A DNA stretch of 64,000 bases, from IMG/VR virus record IMGVR_UViG_3300042935_001404. One strand, given 5' to 3'. The position numbers were made by a program, and so were the translations under genes. The notes below the pieces were generated by a model. The model saw only the letters and a program-made list of their open reading frames with translations. It searched no databases and was not told the DNA's origin. Below are positions 1-11,492 of the stretch, in pieces (position 1 is the first letter of the stretch; each line of letters opens with the position of its first letter). Origin of the DNA: a virus. Lineage: Duplodnaviria; Caudoviricetes.

Positions 1-44
1 ACACAAAGACACACTGACAGCACAGGAAAAAAGACTTTTCCAAG

Positions 45-440
45 ATGTTGACAAAACAACAGACCGACACTCAAACGGTATTCCGCCTGCAGATGAATGA
101 AACAACTGAAAATTTTTGGCTGGCACTAGCAGAGCCTGCACCGGAACCTGTGCCTATCTTTTTTAGGTTATACTACAATGAGCGTGGTGAGCCAGTATCT
201 TACAGCATGGAAGATTTGCCAGGTAATTATATAGAGATTGATGCAGAAACATACCACCGCAGTTCTTTTAATGTTCGAGTTGTTGACGGCAAATTAGTGC
301 CGGTTGTGTACAAAAGACCCGTTAGCAAGTTAAAACCCAGCACAGCAGGAACCGCGTGTGCGCCTAACAATGTTTCTGTTGTTGTTGCAGAAGATCGCCC
401 ACATACTAAATGGAGTTTAAAATCAAATGAATCAAATTGA
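45..440 (+). CDS. hypothetical phage protein (true start may be ATG at 93)
   Basis: ORF in co-oriented gene run, overlaps next start. Confidence 0.6.
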   Translation: MLTKQQTDTQTVFRLQMNETTENFWLALAEPAPEPVPIFFRLYYNERGEPVSYSMEDLPGNYIEIDAETYHRSSFNVRVVDGKLVPVVYKRPVSKLKPSTAGTACAPNNVSVVVAEDRPHTKWSLKSNESN

Positions 441-1353
441 TGTAGCAGACCTAGACTGCATCTACTTAACCTACGACGAACCACAGAAGGAAGAATTCTG
501 GGTAAAGATTCGCAACATGGTGCCTTGGGCAAAACGTGTTGACGGAGTCAAAGGGTCAGATGCCGCACACAAAGCTGCCGCAGCCGCAAGTGACACAGAG
601 CGTTTTATCTTAATTGATGGCGACAACATGCCGTACCCAGAGTTCTTTAATCAAACCCTAACGTTCCCTACCGCTGACTATGAACGTGCAGTATTCCGTT
701 GGAGAGCATGTAACAACATCAACGGACTCATGTATGGCAATGGAGGTATGAGTTCTTGGACACGCACATTTGTCAACGAAATGAAAACACACGAGAACAC
801 AGATGGCACAGCCGCTACCGAAGTAGAGTTTTGTTTTGATCCTTTATACTGGGCCATGCATGATTGCTACAGCACAACCTATCCCAATGGTTCAGCGTTT
901 CATGCTTGGCGAGCCGGCTTCCGTGAAGGTGTTAAGATGTGCTTGAACAAGGGTGTGCGTCCCACTGTGGCAGAGTTCAAGAACCGTGTGCACCAACGCA
1001 ACCTAGACAACTTGACTGTGTGGCACAACGTAGGTCGTGATGCTGAACATGGAGTTTGGGCCATTGCTGGCGCAAGAATGGGCACATACATGACCATGCT
1101 GACCAACTGGGACTACAAACAAGTACAATGGTTTGATTCGTTAAATGAGTTGTGGGAAACAGTCAAAGATACCGAGCCTGAACTACTGTTGGGCCGTGTA
1201 GCCGAAGAACTAAGCACACAGTTAGACTTGCCAATGGTGTGGTATGAAGAAGAAGCCAGCAAGTTCTTTAAACATCATTATCGTAGCGGCTGGCATAACC
1301 AAGGTGTTATGATTCGCGAAATTGATGTAATTAGAAAGCAAGAAGGCTGGTAA
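427..1353 (+). CDS. glycosyltransferase-like protein (GT-A-like, DxD motif IDGD)
   Basis: CIYLTYDEP...RVDGVKGSDAAHKAAA...FILIDGD; resembles C-terminal domain of 20517-23348. Confidence 0.5.
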   Translation: MNQIDVADLDCIYLTYDEPQKEEFWVKIRNMVPWAKRVDGVKGSDAAHKAAAAASDTERFILIDGDNMPYPEFFNQTLTFPTADYERAVFRWRACNNINGLMYGNGGMSSWTRTFVNEMKTHENTDGTAATEVEFCFDPLYWAMHDCYSTTYPNGSAFHAWRAGFREGVKMCLNKGVRPTVAEFKNRVHQRNLDNLTVWHNVGRDAEHGVWAIAGARMGTYMTMLTNWDYKQVQWFDSLNELWETVKDTEPELLLGRVAEELSTQLDLPMVWYEEEASKFFKHHYRSGWHNQGVMIREIDVIRKQEGW

Positions 1354-1928
1354 TGCAAAAACGATTGCTTTTAGATGGGTGTAGTTTTACCTATGGACTT
1401 AATTTGCTACACAATCAAAAATTAGAGCAGCACTTTGTTGAATCAGGATACGAAGTAGTTAATTTGTCACGCCCAGGTAAAAGCAATTCGGCTATTTCGT
1501 TAGACCTGTACAACAATATGGATTCTTGCGACTTATTAGTAGTAGGATGGACCTTTAGTTCTCGGTGGCATTTAAAATACCACAATCTTGACATTGATTT
1601 ACTAGCCACTAGAGAACATGTAGAATTGCCCTACACGGTAGACAGTAGATTAATAGAACAAAGTTATCAAGAGTTGCATCGGTCTTTCTACAGTTTATTT
1701 GATGCAACACATTGGAATCAACAAAGTGATATGCTAATAGACAATACAGCGGCACTGGCAGCACATCGCGGCAAACAAGCAGTATTTTTCAGCTGGGAAT
1801 CTAGAAAAGTTGCATGTGATATGCATTACCCGCATGTGCCATCCTCGCATCGACTGCCTTGTGGACACTTAAATGCAGACGGCACAACCAATCTATATAA
1901 TACGTTAACACATCTAATAGAACAATGA
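1353..1928 (+). CDS. SGNH/GDSL-hydrolase-like protein
   Basis: N-terminal DGCSFTYG, NLSRPGKSN, C-terminal HLN. Confidence 0.5.
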   Translation: MQKRLLLDGCSFTYGLNLLHNQKLEQHFVESGYEVVNLSRPGKSNSAISLDLYNNMDSCDLLVVGWTFSSRWHLKYHNLDIDLLATREHVELPYTVDSRLIEQSYQELHRSFYSLFDATHWNQQSDMLIDNTAALAAHRGKQAVFFSWESRKVACDMHYPHVPSSHRLPCGHLNADGTTNLYNTLTHLIEQ

Positions 1929-3310
1929 GCACCGGCGATCAAAGTAAATTTATGAGTCTGGCAGAGCAGATGAAAGAGGATCTTGGTCCTGCATTGTGCC
2001 TGGCCAAGTGGAAGCAAGTAAGTCTACATCTACCCACCGGGCTTAATAATTCGTGTTACCATCCGCCATTACATCCAATCTCTGCCAACGATTTACAACG
2101 CCCAGGCGGCATACATAATACTGAGCATAAAAAACAACAACGCATGATGATGATTCGCGGCGAAAAGCCCACTGAGTGTCAGTACTGTTGGAACATGGAA
2201 AATCTAGGCAAACTTTCAGACAGACATTACCGGTCGGGCGAGGCCTGGGCCGCAGTGGACTTTGAAAAAATTAAAAACAGCGTAGGCAATGAAGATGATG
2301 TTGTTCCTTCCTATGTAGAAGTTAATTTTAATCATGCATGTAATCTAAAGTGTAGTTATTGCAGTCCACAGTTTAGCAGTAGTTGGGGCGAAGAAATAGA
2401 CCGATATGGTGCGTTCCCTACTAGCAAGCCGCACAATGCTCCGGAACATTTTGTAGGCAATCGTAAACCTATTCCTGTAAGAGAAGACAATCCTTATGTG
2501 GATGCATTTTGGGAATGGTGGCCCGCCCTGTACCCACAGTTAGAACATTTCCGTATGACCGGTGGCGAACCGCTAATGGATCGAAACACTTATCGAGTGT
2601 TTGATTATGTATTAGAGCATCCTAGTCCCAAACTACACTTAAATGTAACGTCAAACTTTAGTGTAGAAGATCAACTGTTTAAAAAGTACATGTCCTATGT
2701 AAAGCGGTTGTGTACACCCAACATCGAACACTTCATGCAATATGTTAGTTTGGACTCTGGCATAGCACCACAAGCAGAATATATACGTCACGGATTAGAT
2801 TATGATCGCATGTCCAAGAACGTTGTGGAGTTCCTACAAGACATTCCTTATCGCAACAGTTTGACATTTATTGTTACAATGAATAACTTAACAGTAACAG
2901 GACTACAACCTTTGTTAGAATGGATATTAAACCTACGCAAACTATATTCTAACACATATCAACGTGTGTGGTTTGATACTCCTGTGCTACGTGAACCTGC
3001 TTGGCAAAGTTTACAAATACTTCCAGAAAGTTATGCACAACAATTAGAACGTGCTAGAGATTACATGCTGGCTAACATGATTACAGAAGCTAACCCTTTA
3101 CACGGATTTAAAGATTACGAAGTGCAACGTATTGAACGTGATATTGCGTGGATGCGTGAAGGACAACACAAAGATAACTTGGTAGCAAAAGCAGATTTTT
3201 ATCGTTTCTTTAACGAGCACGATCGCCGACGCGGCACCGACTTTTTAACAGCTTTTCCTGAAATGCGATCATGGTGGGCAGAATGTGAGTACCATGCTCG
3301 GCAATCGTAA
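1925..3310 (+). CDS. radical SAM protein with N-terminal SPASM/Twitch-like Cys domain
   Basis: CNLKCSYC, TGGEP; N-terminal CLAKW..SCYH..CQYC. Confidence 0.9.
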   Translation: MSTGDQSKFMSLAEQMKEDLGPALCLAKWKQVSLHLPTGLNNSCYHPPLHPISANDLQRPGGIHNTEHKKQQRMMMIRGEKPTECQYCWNMENLGKLSDRHYRSGEAWAAVDFEKIKNSVGNEDDVVPSYVEVNFNHACNLKCSYCSPQFSSSWGEEIDRYGAFPTSKPHNAPEHFVGNRKPIPVREDNPYVDAFWEWWPALYPQLEHFRMTGGEPLMDRNTYRVFDYVLEHPSPKLHLNVTSNFSVEDQLFKKYMSYVKRLCTPNIEHFMQYVSLDSGIAPQAEYIRHGLDYDRMSKNVVEFLQDIPYRNSLTFIVTMNNLTVTGLQPLLEWILNLRKLYSNTYQRVWFDTPVLREPAWQSLQILPESYAQQLERARDYMLANMITEANPLHGFKDYEVQRIERDIAWMREGQHKDNLVAKADFYRFFNEHDRRRGTDFLTAFPEMRSWWAECEYHARQS

Positions 3311-4433
3311 ATTTATTATTGACACCATGAGCGAGGTTTACAGTATGATGAAACCTTACTCAGATGACGAGTTGTGGGATCTAGGCGCTCATGAAATTCA
3401 ACCCAACTCAATCTATCTGTTAGGCCGCAAGCAAATGGTAGAACACACAGATCGTGTTAGAGAAATGGCTGCTGACCCAACTATAACTGTGATATTTGGT
3501 AACAGTGCCGAAGGATCTAAAACGATTGTAGATCAATTGCGTGTGTTAAAAATAGAAGACTTAGTGCTGTCAGGGAAGATATTGCTGTTGAGTGGCGGCG
3601 AAATTGAACCTCAATATCCATATTTGTTGCATGAACATTTTATCACACACATACTAGATTATAAAGAAAACATTCAAGCACAACAACGCACTGATGAAAT
3701 TTTTAACAAAAAAATTAAACCTTATAAATTTTTATTTTTAAACGGGCGGGTACGTTCTCATAGAAAATATCTGCTTGAAAGATTGCGTCAACTGGGCATT
3801 TTAGACAGTGCAATCTGGACCATGTTAGATGGCCGAATTCCAACTAATCAATATTTTAGTCTACATGAAAACGGCATAGATGTAATTGGCCAAAATACTG
3901 CGATTAAACAGTTGCCTTCAGAATACGAATTTAAATTTTTTAAGAATAAATCTATTGTGTTGGATTACCCACATAAATTTGCCAAAAATGAATTGTTTGA
4001 TACTCACTGGGGTGAAATTTATTTAGAACCTGCTCCGTACATTGACACTTATTTTAGTTTGGTAACTGAAACTGTGTTTGAATATCCTTATAGTTTTAGA
4101 ACAGAAAAAATTGCCAAACCATTGGCAATGGGCCATCCGTGGATCTGTGCTGCCAGTGTGGGATTTTATCGAGACATGCACAAATTGGGATTTCAAACAT
4201 TTGGACATGTGATAGATGAAAGTTTTGATACAATCGACAATCATCAAGATCGAATGGAAAGAATAGCAATGATAGTCAAAGATTTATGTCAACAAGATCT
4301 TGCAAGTTTTCTAAATGAATGCTATAATGTATGTAAATACAATCAACAACACCTTGCAGAATTGCGCACACAGTGTCGCAAAGAGTTTCCTGACCGTTTC
4401 CAACAATTTATCAATGAACGATTTAGATTTTAA
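3294..4433 (+). CDS. putative glycosyltransferase-like protein (ET..TEK family)
   Basis: YFSLVTETVF..TEKIAKPL..GHPWI..GFQTF..IDESFD. Confidence 0.45.
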   Translation: MLGNRKFIIDTMSEVYSMMKPYSDDELWDLGAHEIQPNSIYLLGRKQMVEHTDRVREMAADPTITVIFGNSAEGSKTIVDQLRVLKIEDLVLSGKILLLSGGEIEPQYPYLLHEHFITHILDYKENIQAQQRTDEIFNKKIKPYKFLFLNGRVRSHRKYLLERLRQLGILDSAIWTMLDGRIPTNQYFSLHENGIDVIGQNTAIKQLPSEYEFKFFKNKSIVLDYPHKFAKNELFDTHWGEIYLEPAPYIDTYFSLVTETVFEYPYSFRTEKIAKPLAMGHPWICAASVGFYRDMHKLGFQTFGHVIDESFDTIDNHQDRMERIAMIVKDLCQQDLASFLNECYNVCKYNQQHLAELRTQCRKEFPDRFQQFINERFRF

Positions 4434-5772
4434 ACATGAAATTTTAGACACCAAGAGTGCAAGTTTTTGTGCGGCCAAATGGTACAATGCTACCATATGG
4501 TTGGGAAGTGGACAAACTACCAGTTGCCACCATCCACCGGCACACTCAATTGATCTGGATGCGTTGGCCGCCAATCCTTCTGCGCTACACAACACCGCAA
4601 AGAAAAAAGATGATCGGCGACTGATGTTAGCGGGCAAACGTCCCACAGGTTGTGAATACTGCTGGAAGATTGAAGACATGGGCAAAGATTCCGTATCTGA
4701 CCGTGTGTACAAAAGTAAAATTTACCCTATAGAGGCCTTAAATGATGCATACCAAACCCCCCACACAGAAGATGTCAATCTTCGCACACTTGAAATTGCG
4801 TTCGACCGCACTTGCCAATTTGCTTGTTCTTATTGTAACCCTGCTTTCAGTAGCACATGGGTTAATGACATTAAAAAGCACGGACCTTATGTCGGTCTGG
4901 TGTCAGATGGGCGTAATCACTTTACTCATGCTCATGCTAGCAGTCAACTATACCGATTTGGTGAAACAAATCCCTACGTTGAAGCGTTCTTTAAATGGTG
5001 GGAAACTGACCTACACCGAACGCTCCAAGAACTGAGAATAACCGGTGGCGAGCCGCTGATGAGTGCTGAGACATGGAAACTGATTGATTGGTTTAAAAAC
5101 AATCCAGGCAGATCAACCACTCGGTTAGCAATCAATTCTAATCTTGGCGCAGATGTTGATGTAGATAGACTTATTGAAAGCACACGTGGCCTGGATGTAG
5201 AAATTTACACATCTATGGAGGCTGTTGGTGCTCACGCAGAATACATTCGAGATGGACTAGATTATCACGCTTGGGAAAATAATGTAACTAAACTGTTAGA
5301 CAGTCACGTAGGTGCAGTACACGTAATGGCCACTATTAATGCATTGTGCTTGACAACATTGCCAATGCTTCTGCATTATGTAGTACAACTTAAATCAAAG
5401 TATGGTCGTAAACGTGTTAACTTTACATTAAATATACTGAGATTTCCTAGTTTTCAAAGTCCACTGGTACTGCCCCGGGCATTGCTTACACGTCATATGC
5501 TTGACTTATCTAATTTCTTAAAGCGTTGGAAAACGGTTCCAGACATACTGCACGAACACGAAATTAATCACCTACAGCGATTAATTGATTATTTAGATGT
5601 AGTAAAAACTCCGCATTCAGACGCATTTGACATGCCTAAGTTACACAATGACTTTAAGCAGTTTTACACACAGTATGACCAACGCCGCGGAAAAAGTTTT
5701 AAAGATACATTTAAAGACAGTTATCCAATAGACGTAACATTATCAACATGGTATGACTCAATACAAATATAA
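4414..5772 (+). CDS. radical SAM protein with N-terminal SPASM/Twitch-like domain
   Basis: CQFACSYC, TGGEP; CAAKW..SCHH..CEYC; start refined to MNDLDF. Confidence 0.9.
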   Translation: MNDLDFKHEILDTKSASFCAAKWYNATIWLGSGQTTSCHHPPAHSIDLDALAANPSALHNTAKKKDDRRLMLAGKRPTGCEYCWKIEDMGKDSVSDRVYKSKIYPIEALNDAYQTPHTEDVNLRTLEIAFDRTCQFACSYCNPAFSSTWVNDIKKHGPYVGLVSDGRNHFTHAHASSQLYRFGETNPYVEAFFKWWETDLHRTLQELRITGGEPLMSAETWKLIDWFKNNPGRSTTRLAINSNLGADVDVDRLIESTRGLDVEIYTSMEAVGAHAEYIRDGLDYHAWENNVTKLLDSHVGAVHVMATINALCLTTLPMLLHYVVQLKSKYGRKRVNFTLNILRFPSFQSPLVLPRALLTRHMLDLSNFLKRWKTVPDILHEHEINHLQRLIDYLDVVKTPHSDAFDMPKLHNDFKQFYTQYDQRRGKSFKDTFKDSYPIDVTLSTWYDSIQI

Positions 5773-7036
5773 TTCAACAGACCTGGTACGTCCAACAGAA
5801 CTTTCGGAACGTGAAGAATTTTTATTAAAAGATTCCAAAACATTCTGCATCTACCCTTGGATACACTTACACGCATATCCCACAGGCGAAGCATATCCTT
5901 GCTGTCATGCTGAAATGGGTGTGGGCCAAATTGGCAACTGCAGATCAAACACACTGGCAGAAATATGGAACAGTCCAGAACAAAAACAACTCAGAGTTGA
6001 CATGCTGTCAGAAACCCCCAACCCGGCCTGTGGTCGTTGCTACGAACAGGAAGAGTCGGGATTTTTCAGTGGCCGCAAAAGTGCCAACAAGCACCACGGG
6101 CATCATATCAATCGAGTAGGTAATACCAATGCTGCCGGGCAGGTTGATCAATTTGAAATGACCTATTGGGATCTGCGATTTAGTAATCTTTGCAATTTAA
6201 GTTGCCGTAGTTGTGGGCATATCTTTAGTAGCAGTTGGTATAAAGATCAATCCGAGTTGGCCGGGCCTGCTTGGGCCAGTCAAAACAAACCTCTTAACTA
6301 TGCTGGTCGTTATGCCACTGACTTGTGGGAACAACTGATCGAGCATATTGATCACGTGGAGCAGATTTACTTTGCCGGCGGCGAGCCCCTGATGATGGAA
6401 GAGCACTACCTGATTCTAGAAGAACTAGAACGTCGTGGTCGCTTTGATGTTAGACTAATATACAATACTAACTTTACACAAACACGACTTAAAGACCGTA
6501 CAGTATTTGATTACTGGCGCAAGTTTGACAGTGTAGCAGTTGGGGCAAGCCTTGATGCGTCTGGTCCACGCGGTGAGTACATACGCAAAGGCACAGACTG
6601 GGCTGTGGTAGAATCAAATCGCAGACAAATGATGGAAATATGCCCCAGAGTAGACTTTTACATCAGTCCCACACTTAGTATTATGAACGCATTACATCTT
6701 CCAGACTTTCATAGAGACTGGGTAGAGAAAGGTATGTTAACGCCTCAAGACCTTAATGTAAACATACTGCAAGACCCTGCATATTTAAGAATTGATATTG
6801 CGCCCAGCGAATACAAACAACGAATACAGTCTAAATATGAACAGCATTTAGAATGGTTACGACCGTTGGATCAACTGAATCGTGCCACTGTGGGATTTGA
6901 AAGCGCCATTACATTTATGAACAGCACTGACAACACACAGCTACTTGACACTTTTTGGCGTAAGACGCACGAGCTTGACAGCATTAGACGAGAACATGTA
7001 CTTGATGTGTTACCAGAATTAAGAGCAATTAAATGA
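5753..7036 (+). CDS. radical SAM protein with N-terminal SPASM/Twitch-like domain
   Basis: CNLSCRSC, AGGEP; CIYPW..PCC..CGRC. Confidence 0.9.
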   Translation: MTQYKYNSTDLVRPTELSEREEFLLKDSKTFCIYPWIHLHAYPTGEAYPCCHAEMGVGQIGNCRSNTLAEIWNSPEQKQLRVDMLSETPNPACGRCYEQEESGFFSGRKSANKHHGHHINRVGNTNAAGQVDQFEMTYWDLRFSNLCNLSCRSCGHIFSSSWYKDQSELAGPAWASQNKPLNYAGRYATDLWEQLIEHIDHVEQIYFAGGEPLMMEEHYLILEELERRGRFDVRLIYNTNFTQTRLKDRTVFDYWRKFDSVAVGASLDASGPRGEYIRKGTDWAVVESNRRQMMEICPRVDFYISPTLSIMNALHLPDFHRDWVEKGMLTPQDLNVNILQDPAYLRIDIAPSEYKQRIQSKYEQHLEWLRPLDQLNRATVGFESAITFMNSTDNTQLLDTFWRKTHELDSIRREHVLDVLPELRAIK

Positions 7037-8427
7037 GTACATGGAACGAATTTTACAATCAGATACGTGATCCGTTGTGGCCCGATTGTGAAAATGAATA
7101 CGAGTTTAAATCTCTTCCAGAAAACATACAAAAAGAGTGCATTGAAATTTTTGGATATGCGCCAGGCTCTTTTAAAAATAAATCTAAATTACTTAATAAG
7201 AAATTTCCTATTGTAACTGATACCGCATGTCAACTTAAATGGACGTGGAGTACTATATTTCTATCCACTGGCAAAACTGCCAGTTGTCACAGAACAAACC
7301 ATCATAAATTTAACACAGATACGTTTGAATTTCACAATACACCGAGCAAATTAGATGATCGTACTAACATGCTCAACGGGGAATGGCCCAACATTGGATG
7401 TGACTATTGTAAAAACATCGAAAAAGCAGGCGGACAAAGTGATAGGATTACCAACTTGGATTTTCCTGGGATTCATGCGCCACCAGAATTAGACCAAGAC
7501 CCAACAGCAATTCATGTCACTCCGAGAATACTTGAAGTTTATTTTGATAATACATGCAATTTAAAATGTCTTTATTGTGGCCCACATTTCAGTAGCTTGT
7601 GGGATGCAGAAAATATTAAATTTGGAGATGCTGCATTTCTTAAAGATGCAAACTTGGAACACAACAAGAAAAAGTTATTTGAATGGTTAAAAATCAACGG
7701 TCACAATCTTTCAGTATTTAATATACTAGGCGGTGAACCACTTTATCAAGAAGAATTAGAACAATGCTTGACATTATTTGAACAACATCCATCGCCTGAA
7801 TTAAAAATACAAATTTTTACCAATTTAAATATTAAACTGTCACGTTTGCAAAAAATTATTGATCGCATTAAACAATTAATTGATAATAACTGTATTAGAG
7901 AATTTGAAATTACTGCCAGTCTTGACTGCTGGGGACCGCAACAAGAGTATGTTAGGTATCCGTTAGATCTTCAGGAATGGGAAAAAAACTTTGAATACTT
8001 ACTAAGTAACTCCTGGATAAATTTAATTGTAAGTTCCACTGTTACTCCTCTAACTATTAAAACACTTCCAGATTTATTGATAAAAATTGCCCAATGGAAT
8101 AAAGTCAGAACAGTATATCATTATCAAAATTCAGTCAACGACCCAGGCTATATGTTTATTGATATATTTGGAGATATATTTAAAGATGATTTTGATCAAA
8201 TAATTAAATTAAAACCAGCAAACACACCGGAAGAAATATCTAGTAGAGATTACCTAATAGGCATAGCAAAACAAAGTCAGTCGGTTGCTCCTGACGTTTT
8301 TAAAATTGGTCAATTGTTTAATTTTTTAAATAAAATGGATCTACGAAGAAATACCAGTTGGAAGTTTACATTTCCTTGGTTAATTGATGAATTTAAAAAA
8401 TATGACCTACACACAGAAAGCAATTGA
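7033..8427 (+). CDS. radical SAM protein with N-terminal SPASM/Twitch-like domain
   Basis: CNLKCLYC, LGGEP; CQLKW..SCHR..CDYC. Confidence 0.9.
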   Translation: MSTWNEFYNQIRDPLWPDCENEYEFKSLPENIQKECIEIFGYAPGSFKNKSKLLNKKFPIVTDTACQLKWTWSTIFLSTGKTASCHRTNHHKFNTDTFEFHNTPSKLDDRTNMLNGEWPNIGCDYCKNIEKAGGQSDRITNLDFPGIHAPPELDQDPTAIHVTPRILEVYFDNTCNLKCLYCGPHFSSLWDAENIKFGDAAFLKDANLEHNKKKLFEWLKINGHNLSVFNILGGEPLYQEELEQCLTLFEQHPSPELKIQIFTNLNIKLSRLQKIIDRIKQLIDNNCIREFEITASLDCWGPQQEYVRYPLDLQEWEKNFEYLLSNSWINLIVSSTVTPLTIKTLPDLLIKIAQWNKVRTVYHYQNSVNDPGYMFIDIFGDIFKDDFDQIIKLKPANTPEEISSRDYLIGIAKQSQSVAPDVFKIGQLFNFLNKMDLRRNTSWKFTFPWLIDEFKKYDLHTESN

Positions 8428-9009
8428 ATGAAGGGACTAGCATTAGGATGTAGTCACACTGCAGGAGTAGGAGTATCGGCAACAGAATGTTATGTTTCTT
8501 TGTTGTCGACGCATTATAACTGCGAGATTATTAATACTGCTGTGCCAGGCGGAAATGCAGAAAACTGTTTAAAACACCTAGTAGCACAGTTACGTGCAAG
8601 AACTCCAGATTTTGTAATAGCACAATGGCCAAATCCCATTAGACGAACACTTTGGATTAATAACAAACCTCAGTGTGAAACTATACAAAGTTCTAGTACT
8701 ACGTTTCATTTGTTGTTAAAGTCAGGAATTGACAATTTTATTCAGCCTTGGTTGCAGTGTATTATTACTGCAGATACTTTATGTAAGTTTGCCAGAATTA
8801 AAATTGTGCATATTATGCTAGAAGATTTAGATTCTAAATATGTTGATGTTCTACATAACAATGATATAACATTACATAGAGATTTAAAAAAACCTGGGCA
8901 AACATGGTTATTTGATTCAGCCGGGTCAGACAACCTACATCACTCACCACGTTGTCACGCCCAATGGGCAGAACGATTAATTGGACTATTAAATGAACAT
9001 ACCACATGA
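8428..9009 (+). CDS. SGNH/GDSL-hydrolase-like protein
   Basis: LGCSHTAG, NTAVPGGN, DNLHHSP. Confidence 0.55.
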   Translation: MKGLALGCSHTAGVGVSATECYVSLLSTHYNCEIINTAVPGGNAENCLKHLVAQLRARTPDFVIAQWPNPIRRTLWINNKPQCETIQSSSTTFHLLLKSGIDNFIQPWLQCIITADTLCKFARIKIVHIMLEDLDSKYVDVLHNNDITLHRDLKKPGQTWLFDSAGSDNLHHSPRCHAQWAERLIGLLNEHTT

Positions 9010-10213
9010 CACTTTTTGCGTGTTGCCTTGGATCTCACTGGAGGCCAGTCCTGTTGGGACTGTACGTCCTTGCTGTCTGGCCATGGACGAAATCACTGAC
9101 AGCAACGGAGACAAATATAAACTAGCAACAACTGGATTGGGCGAAATACAAAATAGCCGAGCAATGAAAACTCTGCGAGAAGACTTTCTTGCTGGTAAAA
9201 AACCGCAGAACTGCCGTCGTTGCTGGAATGAAGAACGTGCCGGTCGTACCAGCAAACGTATGCACACACTGGACAGACTCAAGCACATGATCGATCGTGA
9301 TGTTGATTGGACCCAGGATGCAATGCCATTGATGTTCCTGGATCTTAAACTAGGCAACATTTGTAATTTAAAATGTCGTATTTGCGGCTCGTGGAGTAGT
9401 AGTCAGTTTGCCGCAGAAGAAATCAAATACAATCGTGCTGAAGATACTCGTGGTAGCTTTGCGTATCAGATGCTTCGAGACGGCGCCTGGCCCAGAGAAA
9501 GTGTAGAGTTTTGGACGGACCTGGACCAACACTTGGACAACATACGCTACATTGAGTTCACCGGTGGCGAGCCTTTTATGATTCAAGAGCATTTTCAACT
9601 GCTACAAAAATTAGTAGACACTGGCCGTGCAGCACAAGTTGAAATACACTACAACACCAATGGTACACAGTATCCAGAAGAAGGCGAAGCCATCTGGAAA
9701 CACTTCAAGAATGTTGAAATTGCCATCAGCATCGACGATGTAGCAGAACGGTTTGAATACCAGCGTACCAATGCTGTGTGGTACGAAGTGGTTGAGAATG
9801 TAGAGCGTTTTCGCCAACTACGCAGTCGTAACAGTAACATCACATTACAGGCCTGTTGCACTATCAACGTGTTCAATGTGTACTATCTTGAAACTGTGGC
9901 CAATTGGTTAATACAACAGGGATTTGATTTTATCTACTGGAACATGATGCACGATGCCTATTACTTTAGTATTAGTACATTGCCAGAATCAGCCAAAGCA
10001 GAAATCACTACAAAACTAACCTCTGCAACTGTTCCGCCTAAGATACTTAAAGAGTTTGTCAGTGCGGCCGAGTTTATGAATCGTGGCAACAGTCTAGATG
10101 GACATTTGTTACGTATGAATCTACGTGACCTTGACCATAAGAGAAAGCAAAACTTAGCACAAGTGGCACCAGAGTTTGCGGCATTGATCGACTATGACTA
10201 CAACAAAACCTGA
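8993..10213 (+). CDS. radical SAM protein with N-terminal SPASM/Twitch-like domain
   Basis: CNLKCRIC, TGGEP; CVLPW..PCC..CRRC. Confidence 0.9.
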   Translation: MNIPHDTFCVLPWISLEASPVGTVRPCCLAMDEITDSNGDKYKLATTGLGEIQNSRAMKTLREDFLAGKKPQNCRRCWNEERAGRTSKRMHTLDRLKHMIDRDVDWTQDAMPLMFLDLKLGNICNLKCRICGSWSSSQFAAEEIKYNRAEDTRGSFAYQMLRDGAWPRESVEFWTDLDQHLDNIRYIEFTGGEPFMIQEHFQLLQKLVDTGRAAQVEIHYNTNGTQYPEEGEAIWKHFKNVEIAISIDDVAERFEYQRTNAVWYEVVENVERFRQLRSRNSNITLQACCTINVFNVYYLETVANWLIQQGFDFIYWNMMHDAYYFSISTLPESAKAEITTKLTSATVPPKILKEFVSAAEFMNRGNSLDGHLLRMNLRDLDHKRKQNLAQVAPEFAALIDYDYNKT

Positions 10214-11492
10214 CATACTGTGCATGGCGCCATGGACACACACGTATCTAAGTCCACAAACAGAACGGCGTATGTGTTGTGCGTCGAGAGAACCTGCGCA
10301 GAGTTTTGAACAGTACATCGACACCGGTGCTGGAACAGGACGTTACACTCCTATTACTTTGGATCAACACTGGAACGGTGAGCACATGCGATCAGTGCGA
10401 CGTCGCATGATGTCTGGCGAAACATTGCCCGAATGCGATGTATGCAATAGCAAATTGCTAAACACCGACGTTTATCGTAGTTATTTTTGGCATTTGTTCC
10501 GACACAAGTATGACGATGTTGTTGCTTCAACAGATGACACCGGGTATACCACAATGAAACCTGTAAGCTGGGACTATCGTTTTAGTAATCTTTGTAACTT
10601 TAAATGCAGAACCTGTGGTGATATGCTATCCAGTGCCTGGGAAACAGAACAAAAAACACATGACATGATCAACTGGCACAATCCTAAAAACAATTGGATG
10701 CGATCAGATGTACGTCAAGAAATAACTAAGTTTCAGGATAAACAAATTGAGGCAGAATTTGCCGACGCAGTTGAACAACATCGTGTAGAAGAAGTATACT
10801 GGGTAGGCGGCGAACCATTGATGTATGAACAGCACTGGCGCTACATGAAAAGAATAGTAGAACTTGGAGATGGAGAAAGAGTATATGCTAGGTACAACAC
10901 CAATCTTAGTCGCATTGAGTATCGTGGCATTAATTTATATCGTGATATTTTATCTAATATACGCGACTGGCAGATTTGCGCTTCCTTGGACGGAACAGAA
11001 GATATCGGAGAATACATACGTACAGGTTTGGAGTATGTATCCTTTTTAAATAATTTTGAGCAAGGACTAGCTTATCAAAAGAACCGAAGACAAATGCGTC
11101 TAGACTTTACACTAACACTGCCCGGAATGTTTGAGATTATCAAAATGGAAAAGTTAGCGCAAAAGTATAATGTAGAGTTGCTGGCCAAAGTGATATTCAG
11201 TTTCGGTCCTGATATTGTTATGAGTCCATTATCATTGCCACGTGATTTACTAGAACCCTGGATTGACGAGTTATTGCCGCAATGTCACACACAAGTAATG
11301 CGAAACATGCTTGCTCAATTGCGCACTCGCCCTACGTTTGCTGAACAATGGCCAGATCAATATGCCGCAGGCATTGCAAAAGGCAAAGCTCGTGTGTTAA
11401 AATTAGAACAGATACGTACACAACCAGTCACAATGACAGACATACTGAGCACCCGGCCTGATGTATTAACGTGGTGGATGAATATACAATGA
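10194..11492 (+). CDS. radical SAM protein with N-terminal SPASM/Twitch-like domain
   Basis: CNFKCRTC, VGGEP; CMAPW..MCC..CDVC. Confidence 0.9.
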   Translation: MTTTKPDILCMAPWTHTYLSPQTERRMCCASREPAQSFEQYIDTGAGTGRYTPITLDQHWNGEHMRSVRRRMMSGETLPECDVCNSKLLNTDVYRSYFWHLFRHKYDDVVASTDDTGYTTMKPVSWDYRFSNLCNFKCRTCGDMLSSAWETEQKTHDMINWHNPKNNWMRSDVRQEITKFQDKQIEAEFADAVEQHRVEEVYWVGGEPLMYEQHWRYMKRIVELGDGERVYARYNTNLSRIEYRGINLYRDILSNIRDWQICASLDGTEDIGEYIRTGLEYVSFLNNFEQGLAYQKNRRQMRLDFTLTLPGMFEIIKMEKLAQKYNVELLAKVIFSFGPDIVMSPLSLPRDLLEPWIDELLPQCHTQVMRNMLAQLRTRPTFAEQWPDQYAAGIAKGKARVLKLEQIRTQPVTMTDILSTRPDVLTWWMNIQ